64,000 nt of DNA from Clostridia bacterium (GTDB lineage: Bacteria; Bacillota; Clostridia; Christensenellales; Aristaeellaceae). Position numbers and translations under genes: made by a program. Below the pieces are notes generated by a model. That model did not search any database. It was given only the letters and a program-made list of their open reading frames with translations, and was not told the DNA's origin. The DNA lies in NCBI GenBank assembly GCA_017526525.1, contig JAFXRG010000053.1, positions 29,765 to 93,764 on the forward strand. Reading direction: 5' to 3'. Positions 44,549-53,309 of this stretch are shown piece after piece (the first letter of the stretch is position 1; each line of letters begins with the position of its first letter).

Positions 44549-47197
44549 TCAGGGCACCGCCCAGTTGCTCTCGTCAAAAATCCATTGTTTTTTCAGCGTC
44601 AGCCGGATGGGGTCCGAATACTGCACCCCGTGGTTTTCCGCAATCCGCCAGTCCGTCAGCATCACGTACTGCTCCGCCTCGTTCTTCGCCTCCGCGCTGA
44701 TCGCCTTGCCGGTAAAGGGATTCACCGGGTTGTCAATCAGCCCCCGCATGGCCTCCGTCGGCGTATCCGCGATGGTCATGAAATCCTGCCGCACAGTGAA
44801 TTCCCCGCTGCTGCCGAAATCCTTGATCATCATCAGCGCGTTGTAGGCCATAATCCCCTCGTAGGGCGCCAGCCCGTTCTCCCCTTCCTCCCGGCCGGTC
44901 AGCAGGTGGCTCAGCCCCAGTTCCCATCCGTGGTCGCTCACCAGGATGATGCGGGTGTTGTCCCACACGCCGTTTTCCCGCAGGAAATCAAACCATTGCC
45001 CCAGCAGCTTCAGCGCCGCCGTGTCGCTCTGGTAATGCTCCATCTGTTCAATGGTTTTCAGCTCCAGCCGCCCGCCCGCCTGGGAAGTCCGCACCCGGTG
45101 GGCCGCCTCGTATTCGGTGTTGTCCACCCGGTGGCGAGGTTCAAACTCCGGCTCCTGCAGCATGGTCACGTCGTGGGTGGCGGTGTTGCTCATCAGCAGG
45201 AAGGTCCCCTTGCCCCCGGCGCTTTCCCCGGCCCCGGCGGCCACCGCAAACTCCGGCAGGTGCTGCAGCACGGTGTAGGCCTTCATATACTCGTCCGAAA
45301 TCCCGGTGCTTTTCAGTTCGCTCTGCTCAAAAAACGCCGCCTCGTAGTCCACCGCCCGGGAGGCATCCTGGGCCTCCGCCTCGTTGTAGCGGCCCTCGTT
45401 GTACGCCGCCGGCTGCAGAATTACCGGGCACGCGCGGAAAACGCTGTAGCAGAAAAGATTCCGGAAAAGCGTCCGGTCCTTTTTCCGGATGGCTTCCTCT
45501 TCCTTTTCCACAAACGCCCCGTGGGAGTTGTACCGGTGAATGGAGGGATAGTCGTCATAAATGCTCAGGTCCGGAATCCAAAGATACCCCGCGTAGGGCG
45601 GATCGCACACCGTAACCTCCCAGCCGTTTTCGTCAAACAGCACCGGCATCACCTTCAGGGCCTCGTTCTGCTTCTCCGGCAGGGCCGCGTCCGTCCGCTT
45701 GTTCAGCTCAAAGGGCCGGTATTCGTATCCCCCGTAAAGGGACGGCGTACAGACGTTGGTGTTTTTCCCGAAGGCCAGGGTGTTGGGATAGTAGGTAAAG
45801 TTCCGGAACTGCTCCGCAATCTCCGGGTTCTCCTCAAAAATATAGGGAACAAACCCGCTGATGCACCGGTCCAGCATGATCACGCAAACGTTCTTCCCCG
45901 TCCGGGAAAGGGTCACCCGGGGCTTTGCCCGCTCCCGCTCCGCCAGGGTTTCCCGGGCCGCCGCTTCCAGCTTCACGGTTTCGCCGGCAATGCGCTGCAC
46001 GTTCATTCCGGACATCACCGCCAGCCCGATGCATCCGGCAATGCACAGGGCCGCCAGGATCTCCGGCTTCTTTTTCAGCAGCAGCACCACCAGCCCGGCC
46101 GCGGCCGCCAGCACCGCCAGGTTCAGCAGCACCTCCCCCGGCGCGGCCGCCGGGGCATGGTCATATTTCAGCATGGGGGAAAGGTTTCCGTATCCCTGCC
46201 CGAAAAACATATAATCCGTCACCGCCGCGGCGGAAAGCACCGCGATTCCGGCGGTCAGCCGCTTCCGGCCCTTCCGGGAAGCCAGCGCGTAAAAAACCTG
46301 CCCCCAGACCAGGAAGGTGCCGGCCGCCGTCAGCGCGGCCGCCCCCACGTACCGCAGCGGGGTCCGGAAATCGGTAATCTCCACAAACTCCCCGGGAGAG
46401 GCGTCCACAATCGCGCTGGGAATCAGAACCCCCAGCAGCACCGTCAGCAGCAGGCATCCGGCAAGGAAAACCGTCCGCCCGTGCCGGTCCGGGGTCTTCC
46501 CTGCCGCCTCCGGGGCCGGTTTCTTTTCCCTTTTCCTGGTCCAGAGGTTCCGCGCCAGCGAAAAAACGTTGTTCAGCGTCCAGTACAGCACCAGCCCGGA
46601 GGGCGATCTGTACAGCAGCACCAGGAAAACCGCCCCAATGCCGAACACCTGAATCCGGTTCCGCAGCGGCAGGCCCCGGGTATACACCGCCCCTGAGGCA
46701 AGGTTCACCGCCGTCATCAAAAGGGGCAGCAGGTTGATGGCCGTGCCGGAAATCACCAGCAGGCCGTCCGGCTTTCCCAGGTCGCCGATCGGCCCGAAGG
46801 CGGTTCCCTGCAACAGGCCCAGAGAGCTCAGGTAGCGGTACGCCGCCAGGAAAAAAGGAATCTCCAGCAGCAGGGACACGGATCCCTTCAGCACGTAATA
46901 GGGTTTGTAATGATTCTGCCGGTAGTAGGTCTGCAGGATCATGAAGCGCTCGTCGCCCCGGAAAGCCCGCCGGATTTTGTCAACGCCGGGCTTCAGCCGC
47001 CGGGCCTGTTCCCGCTCCCCTGCCTGCACGGCGTCCGCCCGCCGGTACAGGGGCGTCATCAGCAAATTGACGGCCAGGCTCAGCAGGGCAATGGAAATCC
47101 CCGGATTTCCGCTCAGCCGGAAAGCCAGGGCAAAAAGGGTGTCAAACAGCAGCTCCAGCGGTCCGGAAACCAGCCGGTACAAAATATCCCCGATCAT
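44549..47197 (-). CDS. YidC/Oxa1-like domain fused to extra TMs and an alkaline-phosphatase-superfamily (LtaS/sulfatase-like) domain
   Basis: N-terminal LLEIPFF, DLGKPD, PSGLVLYWTLNN; C-terminal VIMLDR, TH, DNTRIILVSDHG; start from RBS GGAGG and upstream TGgTATGAT. Confidence 0.8.
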   Translation of the reverse strand: MIGDILYRLVSGPLELLFDTLFALAFRLSGNPGISIALLSLAVNLLMTPLYRRADAVQAGEREQARRLKPGVDKIRRAFRGDERFMILQTYYRQNHYKPYYVLKGSVSLLLEIPFFLAAYRYLSSLGLLQGTAFGPIGDLGKPDGLLVISGTAINLLPLLMTAVNLASGAVYTRGLPLRNRIQVFGIGAVFLVLLYRSPSGLVLYWTLNNVFSLARNLWTRKREKKPAPEAAGKTPDRHGRTVFLAGCLLLTVLLGVLIPSAIVDASPGEFVEITDFRTPLRYVGAAALTAAGTFLVWGQVFYALASRKGRKRLTAGIAVLSAAAVTDYMFFGQGYGNLSPMLKYDHAPAAAPGEVLLNLAVLAAAAGLVVLLLKKKPEILAALCIAGCIGLAVMSGMNVQRIAGETVKLEAAARETLAERERAKPRVTLSRTGKNVCVIMLDRCISGFVPYIFEENPEIAEQFRNFTYYPNTLAFGKNTNVCTPSLYGGYEYRPFELNKRTDAALPEKQNEALKVMPVLFDENGWEVTVCDPPYAGYLWIPDLSIYDDYPSIHRYNSHGAFVEKEEEAIRKKDRTLFRNLFCYSVFRACPVILQPAAYNEGRYNEAEAQDASRAVDYEAAFFEQSELKSTGISDEYMKAYTVLQHLPEFAVAAGAGESAGGKGTFLLMSNTATHDVTMLQEPEFEPRHRVDNTEYEAAHRVRTSQAGGRLELKTIEQMEHYQSDTAALKLLGQWFDFLRENGVWDNTRIILVSDHGWELGLSHLLTGREEGENGLAPYEGIMAYNALMMIKDFGSSGEFTVRQDFMTIADTPTEAMRGLIDNPVNPFTGKAISAEAKNEAEQYVMLTDWRIAENHGVQYSDPIRLTLKKQWIFDESNWAVP

Positions 47198-47420
47198 CCC
47201 GTTCCGCCTCCCCTTCCTGATTCTTCCGGCCTTGCGCGCCTTCCTGAAATCATACCACATTTTCTTTTCATTCTTCAATCTTTCTTAAAGCAATCCGCCC
47301 TATGATCATCCTGTCAGCAGGGAACGGTGCACATTTCCCCCTGGCAAACCTGTGAAACCGAATGATTTCTTTCCCGGGGAAAACCGGGGAAATGACAAAG
47401 AAGAAAGAAGGTTATGCAAA

Positions 47421-49007
47421 ATGAAAAAATGGAGCAAAATCCTCGCGCTCGGATTGTGTGTCAGCCTGATCGGAACCGCCGCCCTGGCGGAAGACACCGC
47501 CGCGGCAACCGGATCCGATACAGCCCAGGCCCAGCAAATGCAGCCCCCGGCGATGCCCGACGGCCAGCAACCTCCCGCCATGCCCGACGGCCAGCAGCCT
47601 CCCGCCATGCCCGACGGCCAGCAACCCCCGGCCATGCCGGACGGCCAGCAGCCTCCGGCCATGCCCGACGGTCAGCAGCCTCCCGCTATGCCGGACGGCC
47701 AGCAGCCTCCCGCCATGCCCGACGGCCAGCAGCCTCCCGCCATGCCCGACGGCCAGCAGCCTCCCGCCATGCCCGACGGCCAGCAACCTCCGGCCATGCC
47801 GGACGGCCAGCAGCCTCCGGCCATGCCCGACGGCCAGCAGCCTTCCGCCATGCCGGACGGCCAGCAGCCCCCGGCAAAGCCGGACGGCCAGGGAGGCCCC
47901 GGCGGCATGGGCGGCCCAGGCGGATCCGGCGCTCCCACGGAATACGCAGCCGCCAATACCGTCACCGAAAGCAGCACCGGCGCTTCCTATGCCTCGGAAC
48001 AGGACAGTGAAAATGCCGTCCTGGTCTCCGGGGAAACGGTCACCCTCAGCGGCGCCACCGTCACCAAAACCGGCTCTGCCGACGGCGACAGCGCAGATTT
48101 CTACGGCATCAACGCTGCGGTACTGGCCGTCAACGGCTCCTCGCTGACCCTGGAAGGCGCCGAAATTACCTCGGACGGCGCCCATGCCAACGGCGTCTTC
48201 AGCTGCGGCACCGGCACCGCCGTCAGCGTGTCCGATACAACCATCACCACCACCGGCAACTGCTCCGGCGGCCTGATGACCACCGGCGGTGCAGCCCTGA
48301 ACGCCTCCAACGTCACCGTATCCACCTCCGGCAATTCCTCCGCCGCCATCCGTTCCGACCGGGGCGGCGGAACGGTCACCGTCAGTGGCGGCACCTATGA
48401 CACCGCTGGCGTCGGCTCCCCCGCCATCTATTCCACCGCGGACATCACCGTCTCGGATGCCGTGCTCAGCGCCTCCGCCTCGGAAGCGGTGGTGATTGAA
48501 GGCGGCAACAGCGTCACCCTCCGCAATGTGGAAATCACCGGCAGCAACACGAAGCTCAACGGCCAGTCCACCGTGAACACCAATGTGCTGATCTATCAGT
48601 CCATGTCCGGGGACGCCAGCGAAGGCGCGTCCTTCTTCACCATGACCGGCGGCTCCATGACCGCCCTCACCGGCGCCATGTTCCATGTGACCAATACCGC
48701 CACCACCATCACCCTGGAAAATGTGGACTTCACCTGTGCCGCTGACAGCACCGTTTTCCTGGATGCCTCCGCGGATTCCTGGGGCCGCTCCGGCGCCAAC
48801 GGCGGCAGCGTCACCCTGAACCTGAAAAACCAGGACATCACCGGCGCCATCCTCTGCGACAGCGTGTCCTCCGTGTCGGTCTCCCTGGATGAAAACTCCT
48901 CCTGGACCCTCACCGGTGACAGCTCCGTGTCCGCCTTCACCGGCGACCTGGCAAACGTCAACCTGAACGGTTATACCCTGTATATCAACGGCGAGGCCGT
49001 AAAATAA
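47421..49007 (+). CDS. Secreted protein with Pro/Gln tandem repeats and a Ser/Thr/Gly-rich predicted beta-helix domain
   Basis: Signal peptide ...AALA|ED; (QQPPAMPDG)x13; AIRSDRGGG, SPAIYST, YQSMSGDA. Confidence 0.75.
   Translation: MKKWSKILALGLCVSLIGTAALAEDTAAATGSDTAQAQQMQPPAMPDGQQPPAMPDGQQPPAMPDGQQPPAMPDGQQPPAMPDGQQPPAMPDGQQPPAMPDGQQPPAMPDGQQPPAMPDGQQPPAMPDGQQPPAMPDGQQPSAMPDGQQPPAKPDGQGGPGGMGGPGGSGAPTEYAAANTVTESSTGASYASEQDSENAVLVSGETVTLSGATVTKTGSADGDSADFYGINAAVLAVNGSSLTLEGAEITSDGAHANGVFSCGTGTAVSVSDTTITTTGNCSGGLMTTGGAALNASNVTVSTSGNSSAAIRSDRGGGTVTVSGGTYDTAGVGSPAIYSTADITVSDAVLSASASEAVVIEGGNSVTLRNVEITGSNTKLNGQSTVNTNVLIYQSMSGDASEGASFFTMTGGSMTALTGAMFHVTNTATTITLENVDFTCAADSTVFLDASADSWGRSGANGGSVTLNLKNQDITGAILCDSVSSVSVSLDENSSWTLTGDSSVSAFTGDLANVNLNGYTLYINGEAVK
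47538..47888 (+). repeat. Coding tandem repeat, 13 x 27 bp
   Basis: CAGCAGCCTCCCGCCATGCCCGACGGC-type units, 351 bp, with mainly synonymous variation. Confidence 0.95.
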
Positions 49008-49030
49008 CGGCCGGGCCAAAGCCCCGAAGC

Positions 49031-49067
49031 CCCGGCAGGCGCCCCGGAAAGCCTGCCGGAGTTTTTC
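49031..49067 (+). terminator. Intrinsic terminator
   Basis: CCGGCAGGC...GCCTGCCGG followed by AGTTTTT. Confidence 0.55.
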
Positions 49068-49164
49068 GTGTTCCCGCATTGCAATCCCGCGGTTCCTCCA
49101 TTATAATGAAGAAAAAACCCCGTGCCCTGTCGGCGCGAAATCCAATGAAGGGAAATTCTGCTGT

Positions 49165-50727
49165 ATGAAATCACTCTTCTGCGCCTTTCTGGCAGCGCTG
49201 CTGGTCCTGCTGGCTCCGGCTGCCGGTCCCGCCGAGGCTTCCGTCCCGGCGGAAAAAGGAGCCTATTCCCGTCTGGAGGACCTGAACGGAAAAAAAATCG
49301 GGGTGCAGACCGGCACCAGCTTTGCCGAGATGGTGCAAAAAAGGCTGCCGGATGCCACGGTGGAGTTTTACAACACCAAGGCGGACCTGGTGGCGGCCCT
49401 CACGGGCCATAAGGTGGAAGCCTTCGTGGTGGATGAGCCCGTGGCCCGGCTGATGGAAGCCGAAAACGGCCGGATCACCTACCTGCCGGAATATCTGGAG
49501 GAATACACCTTCGGCATAGTGTTCGCAAAAAGCGAAGCGGGATACGCGCTCCGGGCGGAGTTCAACGAATTTCTTTCCGGTCTTCCCAAAGACGCGCTGC
49601 AGAACCTGGCCATCAAATGGTTCACCGAGGAGGAAAAAAACCAGACCATGACGGATCCGGCCTCCCTTCCCGCCAAAAAAGGGGTCATCCGGGTGGCCAC
49701 GGAATCAGGTTACGCCCCCTTTGAGTTTATGCGCAACGGCAAGGTCGTGGGCTACGACATGGATCTCATCGCCATGTTCTGCGAATCCCGGGGCTACGGC
49801 ATGGAAATCGTGGATATGAACTTTGACGGAGTCCTGCCCGCGGTGCAGACCGCCAAGTGCGATCTGGCGGCGGCCGGCATTTCCATCACGCCGGAGCGGG
49901 CGGAAAGCGTGGCCTTCTCGGACCCGGTCTATACCGGCGGCACGGTGCTGGCGTTGCTGACGGAGAACCGTTCCGCCCCCGGCGGCATCATTGACCGGAA
50001 AGGCCTCTCCTTCTGGCAGGACATCCAGGCCAGTTTCAATAAAACCTTCATCCGGGAAGGCCGCTGGAAGCTGTTCCTGGAGGGAATCGGAAACACCCTG
50101 CTGATCACGCTGCTTTCCATTCTCTTCGGCACGGTCCTGGGCTTCCTGGTATTCATGGCCTGCCGCAGGGGCAATCCCGTAGCCAACGCGGTTTCCGGTT
50201 TCGTCATGTGGCTGGTGCAGGGCACCCCCATGGTGGTGCTGCTGATGGTCCTGTACTATGTGGTTTTCGGCAGCATCGGAATCAGCGGCCTCGCCGTGGC
50301 GGTCATCGGCTTCACCCTCACCTTCGGCACCACCGTGTTCGGGCTCCTGAAAATGGGCGTGGGCACCGTGGACCGGGGACAGTACGAGGCGGCCTGCGCC
50401 CTGGGCCATTCGGACCGGCATACCTTCTTCCGCATTATCCTGCCCCAGGCTGTTCCCCATATCCTGCCCGCCTATCAGTCTGAAATCGTCAGCCTGATCA
50501 AAACCACGGCCATCGTCGGCTACATCGCCGTGCTGGACCTGACCCGCATGGGCGATATCGTCCGCAGCCGTACCTATGAGGCCTTTTTCCCGCTGATCGC
50601 CGTTACGGTCATCTACTTCCTGCTGGAAGGCCTGTTCGGCTTTGCCGTCAGCCGGATCCGCATCCGCACCAATCCCCGGAAGCGCAGGCACAGCCGGCTC
50701 CTGAAAGGGGTGAATACCCATGATTAA
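49165..50727 (+). CDS. Polar amino-acid ABC transporter: fused substrate-binding domain(s) and permease
   Basis: GKKIGVQTGT, YAPFEF, ISITPERA; QGTP, GQYEAA.ALG EAA loop. Confidence 0.9.
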   Translation: MKSLFCAFLAALLVLLAPAAGPAEASVPAEKGAYSRLEDLNGKKIGVQTGTSFAEMVQKRLPDATVEFYNTKADLVAALTGHKVEAFVVDEPVARLMEAENGRITYLPEYLEEYTFGIVFAKSEAGYALRAEFNEFLSGLPKDALQNLAIKWFTEEEKNQTMTDPASLPAKKGVIRVATESGYAPFEFMRNGKVVGYDMDLIAMFCESRGYGMEIVDMNFDGVLPAVQTAKCDLAAAGISITPERAESVAFSDPVYTGGTVLALLTENRSAPGGIIDRKGLSFWQDIQASFNKTFIREGRWKLFLEGIGNTLLITLLSILFGTVLGFLVFMACRRGNPVANAVSGFVMWLVQGTPMVVLLMVLYYVVFGSIGISGLAVAVIGFTLTFGTTVFGLLKMGVGTVDRGQYEAACALGHSDRHTFFRIILPQAVPHILPAYQSEIVSLIKTTAIVGYIAVLDLTRMGDIVRSRTYEAFFPLIAVTVIYFLLEGLFGFAVSRIRIRTNPRKRRHSRLLKGVNTHD

Positions 50728-51814
50728 AATTGAGCATCTTCGCAAGGAATACCCCGGCACGACCCCCCTCTCGGACGTCAGCGCGGAAATCCGCGACGGG
50801 GACGTCATCTCCGTCATCGGTCCCTCCGGCACGGGCAAAAGCACCCTGCTGCGCTGCATCAACCAGCTGGAAAAGCCCACCGCTGGCCGGATCTGGCTGG
50901 ATGACACGGAAATCACGTCCCCGCAGTGCGACCTCTGCCGGGTCCGCCGGCGCATGGGCATGGTCTTCCAGGGCTTCAACCTTTTCGGCCACCTGAACGT
51001 GATCGAAAACATCATGCTCTCCCCCGTGGACCTGCTGGGCACCGGCCGCCAGGAAGCCTACGACCGGGGCATGGAACTGCTCCGCCTGGTGGGCCTGGCG
51101 GAAAAGGCCATGAGCTGGCCGGATGAGCTGTCCGGCGGCCAGAAGCAGCGGATCGCCATCGCCCGGGCCCTGGCCATGGATCCGGAAATCCTCCTGTTTG
51201 ACGAGCCCACCAGCGCCCTGGACCCCACCATGGTGGGCGAGGTGGAGTCCGTCATCCGGGACCTGGCCAAATCCGGAAAAACCATGCTCGTCGTTACCCA
51301 CGAAATGAACTTCGCCCGCAGCATCAGCAACCGCGTCTTCTACATGGACGAAGGCGGAATCTACGAGGAAGGAACCCCGGAGGAGATTTTCGGACATCCC
51401 CGCCGGGAAAACACCCGGCGCTTTATCCGGCGGCTGAAGGTGCTGGAGCTGAAGATCGAAAGCCGGAATTACGACTTTGTGGACATGGCGGAGCAGATCC
51501 GCCGCTACTGTGAAAGAAACCGCATCCCGCTGAAAACGTCGGCTCGTATTCAGCTGGTCTTTGAGGAAACGGTGGAGCACCTGCTCCGGCCCACGCTGAA
51601 TCCGCCGAAGATTTACGCCGCCGCGGAATACGCGGAGGAAACCGGCCTGGCGGAATGGGAGTTCCGCTACAGCGGCCCCCGCCGGGATCTCCGCGAAGAC
51701 GGCGACCGGCTGCCGCTGTCCGTGGTGGAGGGCACCACGGTCCGGACCGAATATTCCTGGCAGGAAGGGGACGAACTGCCCAACCGCCTGCTCTGCACCC
51801 TGCTGTCCACCTGA
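50720..51814 (+). CDS. GlnQ-like amino-acid ABC ATPase with a C-terminal extension of about 120 aa
   Basis: GPSGTGKST, LSGGQKQR, FDEPTSALDP, VTHEM. Confidence 0.9.
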   Translation: MIKIEHLRKEYPGTTPLSDVSAEIRDGDVISVIGPSGTGKSTLLRCINQLEKPTAGRIWLDDTEITSPQCDLCRVRRRMGMVFQGFNLFGHLNVIENIMLSPVDLLGTGRQEAYDRGMELLRLVGLAEKAMSWPDELSGGQKQRIAIARALAMDPEILLFDEPTSALDPTMVGEVESVIRDLAKSGKTMLVVTHEMNFARSISNRVFYMDEGGIYEEGTPEEIFGHPRRENTRRFIRRLKVLELKIESRNYDFVDMAEQIRRYCERNRIPLKTSARIQLVFEETVEHLLRPTLNPPKIYAAAEYAEETGLAEWEFRYSGPRRDLREDGDRLPLSVVEGTTVRTEYSWQEGDELPNRLLCTLLST

Positions 51815-51823
51815 CCGGCGCAT

Positions 51824-51863
51824 TCAAAAAAACGGAGCTTCCGAAGAAGTTCCGTTTTTTTGA
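51824..51863. terminator. Bidirectional terminator
   Basis: TCAAAAAAACGGAGCTTC-CGAA-GAAGTTCCGTTTTTTTGA. Confidence 0.8.
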
Positions 51864-51878
51864 TGGGTTCGTCCGGTT

Positions 51879-53300
51879 TTATTTCAGCGGGGCAATGGCG
51901 TCCAGGATGGTTTTCTCCAGGGCTTCCCGGCCGTAGCTGTCCACCGCCGCCTTGTTCTTCTCCCCGTGGGTCAGGTTTCCCGCCCCGCCGATGCAGCCGT
52001 TCACGCAGGCCATGCCCTCAATGAAGTTGGCGTCCAGGGCATTCCTGCTCTTTTTCAGCAGCGCCATGCGGCATTCCTCAATGCCGTCGCAGGTGCAGGC
52101 CTTCAGCTGGAAGTCGTCCAGCTTCTGTTCCTTCAGGCCTTCGGCCACCGCGTCGCTCAGGCCGCCGCTGCGGGCGAAAATCCGCCCGAAATAGCTGGCG
52201 TTGTCCAGCAGGTCCTCCGGCAGCGAGGTAATGTCGATCTCCCGGCTGTCCAGCAGCGCCTGCAGCTCCTCAAAGGTAATCACGGCGTCCACGTAGGGCT
52301 TCACGTTTTCCAGCTGGGCCTCCGCCTTTTTCGCGGTGCAGGGCCCGATGAAAACAATCTTCGCGCTCGCGTCGTGCTCCCGGATGTACCGGGCCAGCGT
52401 AGCCATGGGAGACAGGTTGTGGGAAATGTAAGGCGCCAGCGCCGGGAAAGCCGTCTTCACGTACCGCACGAAGGCCGGGCAGCAGGAGGAGGTCAGGAAT
52501 CCCCGCTCGGTCAGCTCCTTCGATTCCGCCTGGGCCACCATGTCCGCTCCCAGCGCCGCCTCCACCACCGTGTGGAAGCCCAGCTCCTTGATGCCGGAAA
52601 TCACCTGTCCCAGCTTCGCGTAGTTCAGCTGGCTGCCGATGGCGGGCGCTACCAGGGCGTATACCTTGTACTTCCGGTTTCCTTCGCTCTTTTTCAGCAT
52701 GTCAATGACGTTCAGGATAAAGGAGCGGTCGGAAATGGCCCCGAAGGGGCACTGGTATACGCAGGCGCCGCACTGGATGCATTTCTCGTCATCAATGCAG
52801 GCGGCGTCGTCCTCGTTGATGGAAATGGCCTTGATTTTGCAGGCATTCTGGCAGGGCCGTTTCCGGTTGACAATGGCGCTGTAGGGGCATACCTTGGCGC
52901 ACTGCCCGCATTCCACGCACTTGGTTTTGTCAATGTGCGCCTCGTGGCGGTGGTCAAAGGAGATCGCTCCCCGCTTGCAGGCGCTTTCGCACCGGTGGGC
53001 CAGACAGCCCCGGCAGGAATCGGTCACCTGGTATCCCACGGCGGGGCAGTCGTCGCAGGCAATCTCAATCACCTGAATGACGTTGCTGCTGCTGCCGCCG
53101 CCCATGGCCAGCTTCACCCGTTCCGCCAGGATAGCCCGCTCCTTGTGCACGCAGCAGCGCATGGTGGGCACCTTTCCCGGCACGATGATTTTCGGAATGT
53201 CCATCACGTTTTCCAGCAGGGTGTCGTTCCAGGCCTGGCGCGCCACCTCCCGCAGCACCTTGTATTTCAGATACTGAACCTTTGTGTCAAACTTCTGCAT
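51879..53300 (-). CDS. Monomeric ferredoxin-type [FeFe]-hydrogenase (HfsD/HydA2-like)
   Basis: H-cluster motifs TSSCCP, GPCTAKKAE, EGMACVNGCIGG; several CxxCxxC 4Fe-4S motifs. Confidence 0.9.
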   Translation of the reverse strand: MQKFDTKVQYLKYKVLREVARQAWNDTLLENVMDIPKIIVPGKVPTMRCCVHKERAILAERVKLAMGGGSSSNVIQVIEIACDDCPAVGYQVTDSCRGCLAHRCESACKRGAISFDHRHEAHIDKTKCVECGQCAKVCPYSAIVNRKRPCQNACKIKAISINEDDAACIDDEKCIQCGACVYQCPFGAISDRSFILNVIDMLKKSEGNRKYKVYALVAPAIGSQLNYAKLGQVISGIKELGFHTVVEAALGADMVAQAESKELTERGFLTSSCCPAFVRYVKTAFPALAPYISHNLSPMATLARYIREHDASAKIVFIGPCTAKKAEAQLENVKPYVDAVITFEELQALLDSREIDITSLPEDLLDNASYFGRIFARSGGLSDAVAEGLKEQKLDDFQLKACTCDGIEECRMALLKKSRNALDANFIEGMACVNGCIGGAGNLTHGEKNKAAVDSYGREALEKTILDAIAPLK

Positions 53301-53309
53301 ACATACTCC

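Noticed and set aside
47538-47888. Regular 27-bp repeats as a possible CRISPR array
   Set aside because: No unique spacers, in-frame coding repeat, no cas genes.
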